A stretch of DNA of 63,796 nucleotides, counting the filler, from Octopus bimaculoides (Eukaryota), in the NCBI RefSeq assembly GCF_001194135.2. It is 6 parts of 6 records of this genome, joined end to end, with 100 filler letters (N's around TTAATTAATTAA, not from the genome) between each part and the next. Parts side by side here need not be neighbours in the genome. Positions count along the whole stretch, not along the records: positions 13,414 to 23,282 come from NC_068986.1; positions 23,383 to 33,123 come from NC_068995.1; 4 more parts are not named here. One strand, written 5' to 3'. Under the pieces are notes generated by a model. That model worked only from the letters and a program-made list of their open reading frames with translations, was not told the origin of the DNA and searched no databases. Positions 14,107 to 27,143 of the stretch are shown piece by piece. The stretch's first letter is position 1, and every line of letters starts with the position of its first letter. Made by a program: the position numbers and the translations under genes.

Positions 14107-14627
14107 GTACGTATATTGCAACTACCTATCGAGCTTGATTAAAATGAAATACTGTAGTCCCAAATTGGTTTAACGCAAAATTATAGCTTATGTTGTCAAA
14201 TATAAGATTCACTTGTCCTTCTTTCCATATTGAATTGATTTTATTCAAGAGAAAATACAAAATACTTGTATTTTGTGCCACCGGTATAGGTACGCTAGAA
14301 AATCGTTGTATTACCAACTAGAGAAGGAATATTACTGTTTGATAATTAAAATTTATACTTTAGTTTTCTTAACATTTCTGTAGGTATGAAACTGCCTTAA
14401 AATACGCTGTATATTAACACCTTTTAATATATATATACTTTAGTTATCTTAATTATATAATTTCCCTCGCAGTTCACAATGCCTTCTCTTAATCTTTATC
14501 TCCTCGAACGTAGTTTTGTTGCAAAAAAAAAAAAGAAAACTACTTAAGACAGAAAATCTTAGAAATTTTGAAATGAATCTGTCATATGTTACGATAATCT
14601 TATATAACAAGTTTTTATTTCTCTTAG

Positions 14628-14726
14628 GAACCACTGTAGCTTCAACATCTACTTCTCCAACTAAAACCACCTCTCACCAAACCGAAATATCGACACAAAC
14701 AACACCAACATATTGTCCCCCCTCAG
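14628..14726 (+). CDS. Mucin-like/NIDO gene, Thr-rich linker exon
   Basis: ctcttag|GA ACC ACT...TCA G|gtaagt; 99 bp, phase 1-1; (G)TTVASTSTSPTKTTSHQTEISTQTTPTYCPPS. Confidence 0.8.
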
Positions 14727-14959
14727 GTAAGTATGGTTGTTTGCTTGTAACGCATGTCAGTTTATTAATTAAAATGATTAGCTCATTTATTATTGAATTA
14801 CAAAGCGTTATCTTTCAAATAAAAGGACATTGATAGTAAAAAAAATATCATGTTCTTTTTCACTCTTAAATTTCTGGCTTCTACAAATTTACTTTGTTCC
14901 CTATTTTGATTTTATGACACACACACACACACACACACACGCGCACCTGAGAACATTCT

Positions 14960-15027
<68 letters not shown>

Positions 15028-15689
15028 TCCGAATTTGTATGATTTTGTATAGAAGAATATATTAATCAAAGAAATTCCATCTTAGTCTGATTTTCACGTT
15101 TAATTATTTACAATTTTTATAAGTTTACAACAGTGAAATAAACTAGTACTTTCATGCGTTAAGCAATCTTCAGGTTTATGTAGTGACAGTCGTGTCCCAC
15201 AAATGTAGTGAAATGGTTACACTTTTCTTTTAAGTACCATCCAATGGGCTTCAGTTGGCTGAATCTTTTCTGAACAGTTAGTATGTGGGTTAGATGTCAC
15301 GGTTTGGTGAATGCACCAGCTTGTTTAGCATTTATCCCGCTTTTTTCTACAAGATATTTTAGTTAATTAGTGTGCAGTTTGGATGTCATGGCTTGGTAGT
15401 ACATCAAAGATTCTTTACTTTGACCACATCTAAAAGAATAATTACTTGGCTATATTTTGGAATGTTATAAACAACATAACTGTTTTCATTGAATTGTATT
15501 GTTGCAATTTTCCAGAAAGTCAATGTTGCACCATCGCCTTTATTATTGTTGTGTTGTTGTTAGTGATAGTAGTAGTAATAGCAGTAGTACGTATAATTAT
15601 CATTATTTTCATCATTATAATTATTACCCTTACTATAAATCTTAAAATTGTCCATTTCCTCTCGACTTGCCTTGAGTTGTGTAGTATGT

Positions 15690-16890
15690 AGAATAGGAAC
15701 ATTATAAATTTTTATCTGACCACATGTTGCCAGATGGTTGCTTAACGGGATCTGATGGACACCTGGTTCCCTAATTGGCTGTCGGTGCACACTTGAACGT
15801 TCTGATAATGCATTCCCTGTCTGACCAATGTATATTTCTTCACAATTCGGGCATTTGATGCAGCAAATTAAATTTCAGCTTTTGCCGCTTATATGTGCAT
15901 TTGAAAATGTTCTTCCGGTTTTTGTGTTCAGATATTGACCGGTGTGTATGAACTGACATGTAACACATCAACTATCTTGCATTTAGATGCAATGAATGAT
16001 TCTTCATTGTTACCGAGTTCAAACTTTGCTTTTGTTAATAATTGTTTCAAGTTCTTCGACTGACTTTTACTTAGAATCATTAGCTCGAGCCGTGATTATG
16101 TGCTTTAATTGATTACCTTGAGCAATGATCGGCAAGTTTGCTTTGGCAATGCTAAATATATTTTAGTGACACGGATTGAGTATGACTTGTTCCTGTTTTG
16201 CTCGTTTCTGGGTTGCCCTATATATTTCTATAGCACGCAGTATACCATTTTCCATAAGAAGAGAAAGAAGAGACGGGTATCTTTGTTTGAGTAGAAATTC
16301 TATCAGTTTTGTTAGACGTTTGTCACTGATATTCTCATCTTCTACAATGGTACAAATATTTCTGGCTAGGCAGTATGAGATATTACGTTTTGCATGTGTT
16401 GGATGGTACGATTTACAGTTTGGGTATTGATGCGTGTTTGTGTCTTTATAGTATATATCAGTGTGATGGAAGTGTTTACGTTTAATTACCAATGTGTTTA
16501 GAAATGGCAATTTGGTACTACTCATCTACTTTGTAAATTGTAGAGTTGGATGCAGATTGTTCAAGCGGATACTAAATTCTTCTAGAGTATCTCGAGATTT
16601 TATCCAGATTATGAAGCAATCATCAAAGTATCTCTTCTATGCATTTTCAATATATCATGTAAATTCAGTGCCGTAGTTTTCCTCTACTCTTTGATACACT
16701 TGTTTTCTATATACCACATTACAATGTTCACATAAACGGGGACAAATCTGGCTCCCATCGCTGTACCTCTAACTTGGATGCATTTCCAGTATGCATACCT
16801 CACACAAATATAAAATCTGCATACGGGTTTGGAACACTAGAATAGGCAGATGTGTTTCAAGAGGACACCGCTCCGATTTTGACCGTATCT
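15690..16890 (-). mobile_element. Penelope-like element relic (RT C-terminus plus GIY-YIG endonuclease)
   Basis: Minus-strand fragments QVRGTAMGARFVP (~16745-16785), LPFLNTLV...TDIYYKDTNTHQY...HPTHAKRNI (ORF 16163-16525), and CEEIYIGQTGNALSER...HRQ...PLSNHL (~15720-15850). Confidence 0.82.
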
Positions 16891-16902
16891 GCATTATATA
16901 TA

Positions 16903-17335
16903 CGAGGTCTGATCAATGAGTACCGGGACTGTTGCTATAGTAACGAAACTAAAGCACACAGTGTAAAGCTGCTTGCCGATGATTGACCTTAAACTTTTCT
17001 GCACATGCGTACCAGGTTTTTACGTTCTAGCCCACAACCGCTGTTTACAGCAGTGCTTGTAAGGAAGGTGTGTAGCGTAATCACCATGACAAAGAAAGTT
17101 GTCATGGCAATACCTGCTCAGGAGCCTATGCAAAGTGGTAGAATGTGTATGGAGAAGAGTGTATGGAGAAGAGTGTATGAGCCGCACCCAAGTATACGAG
17201 TGGTTCAGATGTTCCCAACATGGCCGAAAAATGTCGATATTGACGAAAGTTCTCGGGGATTAGCAAGCAGCAGAACTGAAAAAAACATTACAGATGTGCG
17301 TGCAGCTGTGAGGGGAAATCGTCAAATCACGTTAG
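16903..17335 (+). mobile_element. Mariner-family DNA transposon, 5' fragment (TIR plus HTH region)
   Basis: TA then cgaggtctgatcaa mariner-type terminus at 16901-16916; degenerate MSRTQVYEWF...DE..G...SRTEKNITDVRAAVRGNRQIT transposase N-terminus. Confidence 0.72.
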
Positions 17336-17991
17336 TTGATTTACGTAACAATATACCTCTGGTCTCTTCCACTCTTGACAGCATGGGACAACTGGATGGA
17401 GAGAGGGATGCAGCATCAGTGCTCTTATCAGATGCTCATTGACAGAAGAGTAGAATGAAGTAATGTAAGATGAAGTATCTTGCTACGCCAGCTGATCGGT
17501 CCATATAATCGAGAGCACAACATCCTTACAATCTTTCACAACAGCCTAGCCATCTTTCTCAACATCCTAACCATCTTTCTCTAGTCCCACGTGTTATTTT
17601 CCCTTGGCTAAATATTCTACGTAGATCTTTTAAACTAAGTTTGTGCATGAAAGCAAACTGGATTCCAACAATTTTCACAAACATTAAGGGTGTCTATCGC
17701 ATTCACAGTTTACATGTTAATCCTCGTGCATAAAAAAAAGCTGCACCGTATGCCAATCAAAAGATAATGCTTTCTTTCTCTCTCCCTCCATCTCACTCAA
17801 TCTCTCCCTCTCTTCTCTCTCCTATACAGAGTTGCACACATTTTACATATCATTGAAATGGTATAGTTGAATTAGCCGTTACATGGGTGGATCCGAAATA
17901 GTTATGGACGCAGATCCTCATCCTTTATACATTAGCTATTATGATTGAAATAATAATCTTATCAATTTTTGTATCTTTTTCCATTGTACAG

Positions 17992-18098
17992 AATTGCTCC
18001 AACACAGTGAAGCACAAGACTTTTATGGTTTCCGGTCACCATACATTTGCCCGTCAATTGATATCAACGTAGGAGAAAGAACAATGAATTGCTTTCAT
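17992..18098 (+). CDS. Mucin-like/NIDO gene, pre-NIDO exon
   Basis: ccattgtacag|AA TTG...TTT CAT|gtatgt; 107 bp, phase 1-0, matching both neighbours; (E)LLQHSEAQDFYGFRSPYICPSIDINVGERTMNCFH resembles the segment that precedes NIDO domains. Not in the ORF track. Confidence 0.72.
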
Positions 18099-18298
18099 GT
18101 ATGTACTAGTTTGCGTTATAATACTTACATTCTACCACATTTCTTTTGTACATTCCTACTTTAGTAATTAAAGTTATATCTATAACTGGATAATCTCAGA
18201 TAAATCTTTAAATCTAAAAATATTTGGTGGTGTTTGCCTCTTCACTTATCATCCGCGAAACCGTGCTCTTTTTGTGGGTCTGATGTATTTCTTTGCTA

Positions 18299-18522
18299 AG
18301 GGCGGCGAGCTAGCAGAATCGTTAGCACACCAGGCGAAATGCTTAGCAGTATTTCGTCTGTCGTTACATTCAAACTCTCCCGAGGTCGACTTTGCCTTTC
18401 ATCCATTCGGGGTTGATTAAATAAGTACTAGTTACGCACTGGGATCGATGTAATCGACTTAAACCCTTTGTCTGTCCTTGTTTGTTCCCTCTGTTTAGTC
18501 CCCTGTGGGCAATAAAGAAATA
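18299..18522 (+). mobile_element. SINE family A, near full length, in a mucin/NIDO intron
   Basis: Collinear with 536-772 throughout. Confidence 0.85.
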
Positions 18523-18841
18523 GATATATTTCTTTGCTATAATATTCAAGCAAATCCACCCTTTTATACTGTAGGTATTGCACCTTAGATAGCGGTTGTG
18601 AAATTTTATATATATATACATACATATAAAAATTGAGTGACTAGTATCATTATGTACGACTGCTTATTTATATTTTATTAAAAGCGTAATAAGTTATAAG
18701 AGAAAGGGAAATAAAAGCAAACAAAATATCATAGCTATGGTGTTAAAAACTAACTTTGCAGCCATATGATCTCCTGCAGCACCTATTGCTCTGGACGGAA
18801 TATTGCCTTGAGTTGGTTGGCAGAAAGTGCGTGGAAGCCTG

Positions 18842-18909
<68 letters not shown>

Positions 18910-18918
18910 GCACACGCG

Positions 18919-18958
<40 letters not shown>

Positions 18959-19528
18959 TTTTTATCTATCTGCTCGTTTTATTTAAATGGTTACGGAGAA
19001 GAGATTTCCATACCGTGTATTAGTAAAATTATAAGGAGCGGTTGTATTTAATAATCATAAGAATTAACTGATTCCATCAGATGTAACTGAAGAAAGGCAA
19101 TTGCAAATGACCAGTAAATACACCTTTGGGTTGTATATTGTTTTTTTAATTTTTAAGTCTACGTCTTACTTTACGGAGCGATGTGATGCTAATATTAATA
19201 TATTAGTCATGAATGAACGAATAAAGTCTTTTTATATTATCGATTGACAAACAAGGTACAAAATGATAATCATTTTCGTTAAAGTCTAAGATCTTCTTTA
19301 GCCACTTCTAGATTTTCTTTTCCTTTTTCATTTATGATTAAATACTAATATCTTATTGTAGCTAAAAAGCTGCCTAATGCTGGTAGCTTTAAAATTTCGT
19401 ATTTAATTATAATTAAAAACTGTTAACTGAAATTTCTTTTCTTCAAATATTTGATTCCATTGCCAATATAAATAGCTTTTAATGACTTAATTGTTCCCAA
19501 CTTACGTTATGTAACTTTGTCTTGTCAG

Positions 19529-19834
19529 ATCTACGCTGGTGGATATTTATCAGAAAATTATAACCAATTTACCTACGAACCAGATAGTTTATCACCCTTT
19601 GGAAAATATATTATTGCTCCATATTGGGCTGACCTTTGGAATGAATTTAAGCAAGTTAAATACAGCATTTATGAAAAATACACAATAAAAGGAATAAATA
19701 ACAATGCAGTGACTAAACTGAGTGAAATTGATAAAGCAATTAAAACGTATGCAAATAGAGAATTCCAATCTATTTGGGCACTTTTGGTTACATGGCAAAA
19801 TATACGACATTATTCCCTAATAGGAACAACAGAG
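19529..19834 (+). CDS. Mucin-like/NIDO gene, NIDO domain exon 1
   Basis: cttgtcag|ATC TAC GCT...ACA GAG|gtaagt; 306 bp, phase 0-0; contains IIAPYWADL and WALLVTWQN (NIDO hallmarks IAPFWAD, vaTW). Confidence 0.88.
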
Positions 19835-20407
19835 GTAAGTAAATTACAAATTATATTTATTTCATGAATATAATTACTTAAAATTTACCAATTTAAATAA
19901 TAACTATTTAGGAATGCCGTTTCAATTCTATCGATGAATCTTAACATTGTGAAGTAGTAAATCCTTAGTTCCTTCTTTTACTACTTGGAACTGCTTCAGT
20001 GTTTTTCTTTGTGATAAATCAGTTGAAATAAAATGTGGTTACACTGCCGAAAGTACAGTATTCCTTATCGAGTGACGACAATATAAATATTAAATAAAAG
20101 TAAGGATCCACCTTATATATTAATAGCAGAAAGTTTGGTAATATTTTTGCATAATATTATGTAATTTAAAGTTACTAAAAAGAGAGCAAAACTAATGTGA
20201 AATAGTTATTCCAAGCTAAGTGGAGTGATGACAACCTGTGATATATCATCTTGATAAGATTCATCTGCGATCGATGATTGCAATAACAATATTATTTTAT
20301 TGTACTAAGAAATCTTCTGTTTTAGGAAACAAATGTCGAAAATTATACGTAGTTTTCACAAGTGCTCATAGAACTTTAATCATAAACATATTATTTTCGC
20401 ATCTTAG

Positions 20408-20621
20408 GGAAACAATGCAGGAATTACATTCCAGATGTTACTGGTCACAGACGGCTATTCAACCTATTTGCTTTATCTCTACAAACCTTGTGGAATGGAT
20501 ATGGAAATTGATGTAAAGGCCTTAATGGGCTTTAACTTGGGCCGCAACAAGCGTTTCACGCATAAAGACTCACTGAAGAAGAATAGTTTGGTAAATATAG
20601 ATATAAAGGAAGGAAATACAG
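20408..20621 (+). CDS. Mucin-like/NIDO gene, NIDO domain exon 2 (downstream exons not found)
   Basis: atcttag|GGA AAC...AAT ACA G|gtgaga; phase 0-1; GITFQMLLVTDGYSTYLLYLY...GFNLG...EGNTG matches NIDO NTFQxxLxTDG...GF...GNTG. Confidence 0.88.
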
Positions 20622-21039
20622 GTGAGAATCGAATACTCCTATTTATATTTAATAAGAATCTAATAAGCTTTGTGAAAATATTACTAAAGCATTGAAACCG
20701 ATCAAAAGTCTTACTAACATATATGTCATAAACAAATGTGTCAATTACTCAGTAAATATTGTTGAGATTATGTATAAATGGAATTTTCGAAATAATAATG
20801 TGAAATATTTTTAGTCTAATTTACAACAAAAGTTATTTTCAAAATTTCTTGATTGTATTATATTCCTTTAGTCTCATTATACGAGTTTTACTCTCACTAT
20901 TTTATTTCACACATAGTTGCTTGGCTTAAATCACAAACTTGTTTACTTAGCCACATCACAACCTAATTATTGCTAGAAATTTAGCCAACACAAGATCACT
21001 TGACGATAATTTACATTTACAGGTAATTAAATTTGTTTC

Positions 21040-22260
21040 AGTAAACTGATCATAATAGATTTGAGGAACTACAAGCCCGTAAGTTGTACTCAACAAAGAC
21101 AAACTTTACATAACCTTCATTGATGCAGCCAGCTGACTACCATCCTGTATGCTCCTGATACATTCTCCAGTCTGGTAGTAAGCTCTTGTCATTTCCGCCA
21201 TTGCTTCTTAACAGGTTACTATCATCAGCAAAGTGCATGCTGGAAATGGGTTTCCTCAAATGTAAGGAGAGGGTAGGAAGTTTTGGAGTGCATTATGTTC
21301 TCCAGGAAGACGATGAAAAGCACTGAAGACAGGAGCCATCCTTGTCGAGCACCAACTTTTCTCATAAAGAATTCCCCGATGTTGTTCAAAATAACTACAT
21401 TGTTTCAGTTTTCATACACTGCTTTGATTACTTCGATGCGTCTATTACCTAAGTTGTAATATTTCGTCACTTACCAAAACCCATCGTCTCAAACATAGTC
21501 CAAAATCCTTTTGAAGTCGATGGAGGTGAGAGTGGTTCTTCGGTTATTTCACAGTGAGCAGTATGATGTAAATATATCTGCTCCACCTTATTTCCTCTTC
21601 GTGGTTCATATTATCTCCGCTGTACTGCCGTTTGCGCACTTTATTGTTGTCTCACTTAATAACGTCCATCGGACTTCTAGTAGCCCTAGGATATCATAGG
21701 TGTACATGCCAAATTCGTGTAGAAATTTCTTCATCCTTCAACAAGCATACACGGCACCGACGTTCTACGTTGCAGAGGCAGTATTTTCTTTGTGAAATTG
21801 AAGATTGTCAGTGTTGATGTCTTCGTTGTCGTTATCCTATTTGCACATTGTTCACTTCCACGCTCGGAGATAGCAGTGGAGCTCGTGGTTGTTTGTTTTC
21901 CTGGTTTCGAAAGAGAACTGGCTAGATATGTTTTGCACAGTGAGTCTATTATGGCATTGCAATGCGCCTGAGAAATACTTGGGTGTACCCATCTTCTTTT
22001 CAAGCATTCAGCTCCTCACTAAGTTTAGTCTGTCAGCAGAGGCACTTGTCAAGATGTGATTGAGAATGGATACAGAGCCAAAAGTGAGAATAAGGTGAGA
22101 ACCAGTGTACCCACCATTCCTACTATCATACCTTAAAACTTTATGAACTGAGATCCCAATTGACAGGTCACTCATGTTAAATAATGTGTTCACACTTATG
22201 GTACACATATTACTAACTCCTGGTGTGTCTAGCTACTGGAATTGTACAACTTACAAACGG
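21040..22260 (-). mobile_element. Degenerate RTE-like LINE fragments (RT and possibly endonuclease remnants)
   Basis: Minus strand: SIDFKRILDYV (~21495-21530), ARQGWLLSSVLFIVFLENIM (~21291-21350), FADD (21221-21232). Confidence 0.72.
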
Positions 22261-22365
22261 ATTGGCCGTTTGCTTCTCGAGGATCGTGATAATTGTAGAC
22301 ACTTCTGATAAGAAAACAATAAGCTTCGAAAATCGATTAAGGTTGATCATCACTTTGCTAATCCA

Positions 22366-22845
22366 AGTGAAGATTTGAGCCTTGAAGATGAAAATCGAAC
22401 AGGACGTCCAGTTGAGTTTGATGATAAGCTCCCTGCGGCCTAACTTGAAGAAAATCCTGCATTATCAGTTGAAGAATTGGCAATAAAGCATAGTTCAAGC
22501 CATACAACAGTTCATATTCCCTAAACTTGGAAAATGGAGGCCTTATGAATTGTCCGAAAGCAACCGCAAATCCCGAGTTGACATCTGCTCTTCTCTCCAT
22601 TCTCGCGAACTCATTTCACCCTTTTTGGATATACTTGTGACTGGTGACGAAAAATGGATATTCTATCGAAATGTTTAACGTCGTAAACAGTGGCTTGGTA
22701 AAAGGGTAAAAGCTCAATCACAACTGAGAAGAGAACTTCATGGCGAAAAGGATCTTCTCTGTATCTGATGGGATTGCAAAGGAGTAATTCACTTTGAATT
22801 GTTACCACCTAATGCAACAATCAATGCTCAAGTCTACTGTCAGAG
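22366..22845 (+). pseudogene. Mariner (Hsmar1/SETMAR-like) transposase relic with stops and frameshifts
   Basis: EDLSLEDENRTGRP, KLGKWRPYEL (WVPHEL motif), LVTGDEKWIFYRN (first catalytic D), WDCKGVIHFELLPPNATINAQVYCQ. Confidence 0.85.
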
Positions 22846-22869
22846 CGTTTGAACCAATGAACTGAACTA

Positions 22870-23242
22870 AAATGTAAATAATCTGAACATCCTCTGATAA
22901 CTCACGAATGGTGATTCGATGATTTCCCCTCACAGCTGCACGCACATCTGTGATGTTTTCCTCAGTTCTGCTGGTTGTGTGTCAATATCGTTCGTCAATA
23001 TCGACAGTTTTTAGGCTACGCTGGAAACGTCTGAACCACTCGTACACTCGTCTCCGTAAACACTCTGCAACCTTAGATAGGCTTCTAAGCAGGTATCGCC
23101 AAGCGTTTGGTAAAATTTGATGCAAATTCACTACTTTCACTACTTTCTAACTTTCTCTGTCATGGTCAATGCGATGATCACGCGCTACACACCTTTATTC
23201 CAAGCGGAAAAGAGCTGAAACCTCAAAACTTAGTGTGCATGC

Positions 23243-23245
<3 letters not shown>
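22870..23245 (-). mobile_element. Second copy of the same mariner 5' fragment, inverted
   Basis: Reverse complement shares long tracts with 16990-17335 (ggtgtgtagcg..ccatgaca.agaaagtt; gagtggttcaga.gtt; cagatgtgcgtgcagctgtgaggggaaatc). Confidence 0.72.
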
Positions 23246-23282
<37 letters not shown>

Positions 23283-23883
23283 NNNNNNNNNNNNNNNNNN
23301 NNNNNNNNNNNNNNNNNNNNNNNNNNTTAATTAATTAANNNNNNNNNNNNNNNNNNNNNNNNNNNNNNNNNNNNNNNNNNNNAATAATATTAATATTAAA
23401 ATGATAAAAAAAAACTTTAAATTTTTTTTAAATTCCATTATTCAATTTAAAATAATTTTATTTCGTTTGCCTTTGTTTTATTTTATTACGTGTTTAATTC
23501 AATTTATGTCGGTTCTGGAAAGCATATTAGTAAAATTCTCTTGTGAATTAAACCCGTCAAATTCTAACAATGGTTTATTGGGATAAAAAACAAAATTTAA
23601 TAAAATAAAAAGCAAAAAAATAGAAAACGAATATATTACAGAAAACTGAATACTGAATAGAGATTATAAGTATGTATGTATGTTTGTATGTATGTATGTA
23701 TGCATGAATGTATATATGTTTGTATGTATGTGTGTATGTATGTATGTATGTATGTATGTATGCATATGTGTGAACGTATGCATGTATGTATACATGTGTG
23801 TACACCGTACACACATAGACACACGTAAACACACATACATTTACACACACATACACACAGACACACACACACACACTCACACG

Positions 23884-23929
<46 letters not shown>

Positions 23930-24946
23930 CATACATATATATTATATGTATATATATGTAAAGATAGACAGATATATATATATATGTGTGTATGTATATA
24001 CATACATATATATATACATATATGCGCATACATGCATTTACACACACATTCACATATATTAATCATTGTGTCTATGTACATGTATATATTATATATTATG
24101 CACACACACACAGACATATATATATATACACATACATATATTATATATATGTGTAAAGATAGACAGATATATATGTATATATATATTTATATACACATAT
24201 ATATATGTATATACATACATATATATATACATATATGCACATACATGCATACATAAGTACATGCATATGTATTCTAATATATAAGTGTGTGTGCGTGTAC
24301 GTGCGTGTGTGTATGTGTGTTTAATGTGCGTTTATGATACAGTGAGGTTTTTGAAAAAAAACGCAAAAACGACATGGTGTAGAAAAATTCTTTTTGAAAA
24401 ACCAACAAGAATAACAAAAACAACAACAAGACCCTTTTTTTTCTAAAACAAAATAAAAGACGCTAATTCTAAAGAGGATGTGGAATTTGTGAATTAGAGA
24501 AATTTGAAACAACATTGACGGACTATAAAATAATTAACGGAATCTATCATTCGATAATTGGTAATAATGGTGTATTTATTGGTGTGTGACGGGACTGAGC
24601 CAGTGGTGAAGAGGAGGAGGAGGGAGAAAGAGGAGCAGGAGAAGGAGAGAGAGCGTTGAGAGAAATAATAAAAGGGGAGACAGGGGGAGACAGAGAGAGG
24701 TTGGGGTAGGAGTGAGAGAGAGTGAGTGGGAGTGATTGATGTTTGCATGTGTGGAAATGAGAGAGAGAGATGGAGAGGAAGAGAGAGAGAGAGAGGTAGA
24801 GAGAGAGGGTGGCTGAGGGCGTGGAGGGGGAGGAAGTAATAGATAATGAGAGAGGGGGAGAGAGAGAGAGAGAGAGAGATTTCCCTCTATTTCATACTTG
24901 ACTGGTTGTTTGACTGGTAAATTGTGGTCGTGCATTTTATCTGTGC

Positions 24947-24951
24947 ATCAT

Positions 24952-24982
<31 letters not shown>

Positions 24983-25253
24983 GCTGTCGTCATCATCATC
25001 ATCATCGTCATCATCATCGCCATCATCATCATCATCATCAACAGCAGCAGCAATGGTAGTGGTAGAAACAGTTGCACCGCCACTAACACCATCATTATAA
25101 TTAAAAGCATCCTCACATTTTCATCATCTTCATCGTCAGTGTAATCATCGTCATCATCGTCGTCGTCGTCATCATCATCATCATCGTCAACATCATCATC
25201 ATCATCATCATCATCATCGTCAACATCATCATCATCATCATCATCGTCGTCAA

Positions 25254-25290
<37 letters not shown>

Positions 25291-25381
25291 TTCATCATCA
25301 TCATCATCTTCGTCATCATCATCGTCAACATCATCATCATCGTCATCATCTTCATCATCATCATCATCATCATCATCATCG

Positions 25382-25432
<51 letters not shown>
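24947..25432. repeat. Compound (CAT/CGT)n trinucleotide array, ~485 bp
   Basis: Directly visible; source of the poly-Asp and poly-Met pseudo-ORFs. Confidence 0.95.
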
Positions 25433-25433
<1 letters not shown>

Positions 25434-25705
25434 ACCCATTCAATGAAATATCTACAACTTTGTCTTTCACGCTTCTGAAATCGATAAAAATAAAGTACCA
25501 GTAAATTACTGGGGCATGAATGACTTCGACTTATCGCCTCTCCTCAAAATTCTGGGCCTTGTCTTTCAATCAAATCAGCAGCCATTATTTGCAATAGATG
25601 TCATATTTAATGTGTATATAGCAATTATGACCAAAATGCGGCCCGGGGTGGGGTCTTTTTAAATGGCACACTTAACAAAATATTACTCTCTCTTTAATTC
25701 TTTTT

Positions 25706-25915
25706 ATTTGTTTCAATCATTTGACTGCGGCCATGCTGGAGCACTGCTTTTAGTCGAGAAAATCGACCCCAGAAAATTGATTCTTTGTAAGCCTAGTACT
25801 TATTCTATCGGTCTCTTCTTGCCGAACCGCTAAGTTACGGGGACGTAAACACACCAGCGATGGTGGAGGGACAAACACAGACACACAAACACACATACAT
25901 ACATACATACATATA
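25706..25915 (-). mobile_element. SINE family B, 3' half (rest in gap)
   Basis: gtttcaatcatttgactgcggccatgctggagcactgc...gccgaaccgctaagttacgggg. Confidence 0.78.
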
Positions 25916-26992
25916 TANNNNNNNNNNNNNNNNNNNNNNNNNNNNNNNNNNNNNNNNNNNNNNNNNNNNNNNNNNNNNNNNNNNNNNNNNNNNNNNNNNN
26001 NNNNNNNNNNNNNNNNNNNNNNNNNNNNNNNNNNNNNNNNNNNNNNNNNNNNNNNNNNNNNNNNNNNNNNNNNNNNNNNNNNNNNNNNNNNNNNNNNNNN
26101 NNNNNNNNNNNNNNNNNNNNNNNNNNNNNNNNNNNNNNNNNNNNNNNNNNNNNNNNNNNNNNNNNNNNNNNNNNNNNNNNNNNNNNNNNNNNNNNNNNNN
26201 NNNNNNNNNNNNNNNNNNNNNNNNNNNNNNNNNNNNNNNNNNNNNNNNNNNNNNNNNNNNNNNNNNNNNNNNNNNNNNNNNNNNNNNNNNNNNNNNNNNN
26301 NNNNNNNNNNNNNNNNNNNNNNNNNNNNNNNNNNNNNNNNNNNNNNNNNNNNNNNNNNNNNNNNNNNNNNNNNNNNNNNNNNNNNNNNNNNNNNNNNNNN
26401 NNNNNNNNNNNNNNNNNNNNNNNNNNNNNNNNNNNNNNNNNNNNNNNNNNNNNNNNNNNNNNNNNNNNNNNNNNNNNNNNNNNNNNNNNNNNNNNNNNNN
26501 NNNNNNNNNNNNNNNNNNNNNNNNNNNNNNNNNNNNNNNNNNNNNNNNNNNNNNNNNNNNNNNNNNNNNNNNNNNNNNNNNNNNNNNNNNNNNNNNNNNN
26601 NNNNNNNNNNNNNNNNNNNNNNNNNNNNNNNNNNNNNNNNNNNNNNNNNNNNNNNNNNNNNNNNNNNNNNNNNNNNNNNTATATATATATATATGGATCT
26701 AGATAGCAAGTTCATATGTCAAATACAAGTTATTGAAATATAATTCCTCAAGTTCATGTGTATTAAGAGTTCATGTATACATCAAGTTATGTATGGTCTG
26801 AATTGTAATATGTGAATGTGTGGTTAGCTGCGTGTAGGCATCTGTGTAATTGTTCAATGTAAATATATATCAAATAAACGAGTAAAATTAACGGTCAACA
26901 AGAAGATGTCTAAAAGAAAAGCTTGGCGCTCGATGAAAAGAAAGTTAGACGTTTCGAGCATAGCTCTACATCGGAAAGGAGAAAGGGAGTTT

Positions 26993-27143
26993 CTTTCACT
27001 TTCCGTCTACTAAATCTACTCACATGGCTTTGGTCGGCACGCGGCTATAGCAAAAGAACCTTGCCTAAGGTGCGACGCAGTAGGACTGAACCCGGAACCA
27101 TGCTGTTGGGATGCAAACTTCTTATCACGCAGTCACGTCTGTG
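26993..27143 (-). mobile_element. SINE family B, 5' half
   Basis: ccgtctactaaatctactcacatggctttggtcggc...ggactgaacccggaaccatg. Confidence 0.75.

Noticed and set aside
21015-21060. AG acceptors as the next NIDO exon
   Set aside because: Both candidate acceptors hit a stop within two codons in the required phase.
21205-21240. CTGATGA on the minus strand as a possible hammerhead core
   Set aside because: It is the coding sequence of the RT FADD motif in a LINE relic.
24937-25470. Poly-Asp and poly-Met ORFs, superficially like acidic biomineralisation proteins
   Set aside because: Pure translation of a (CAT)n array, open in several frames, with no signal peptide, unique domain or supported splice sites.
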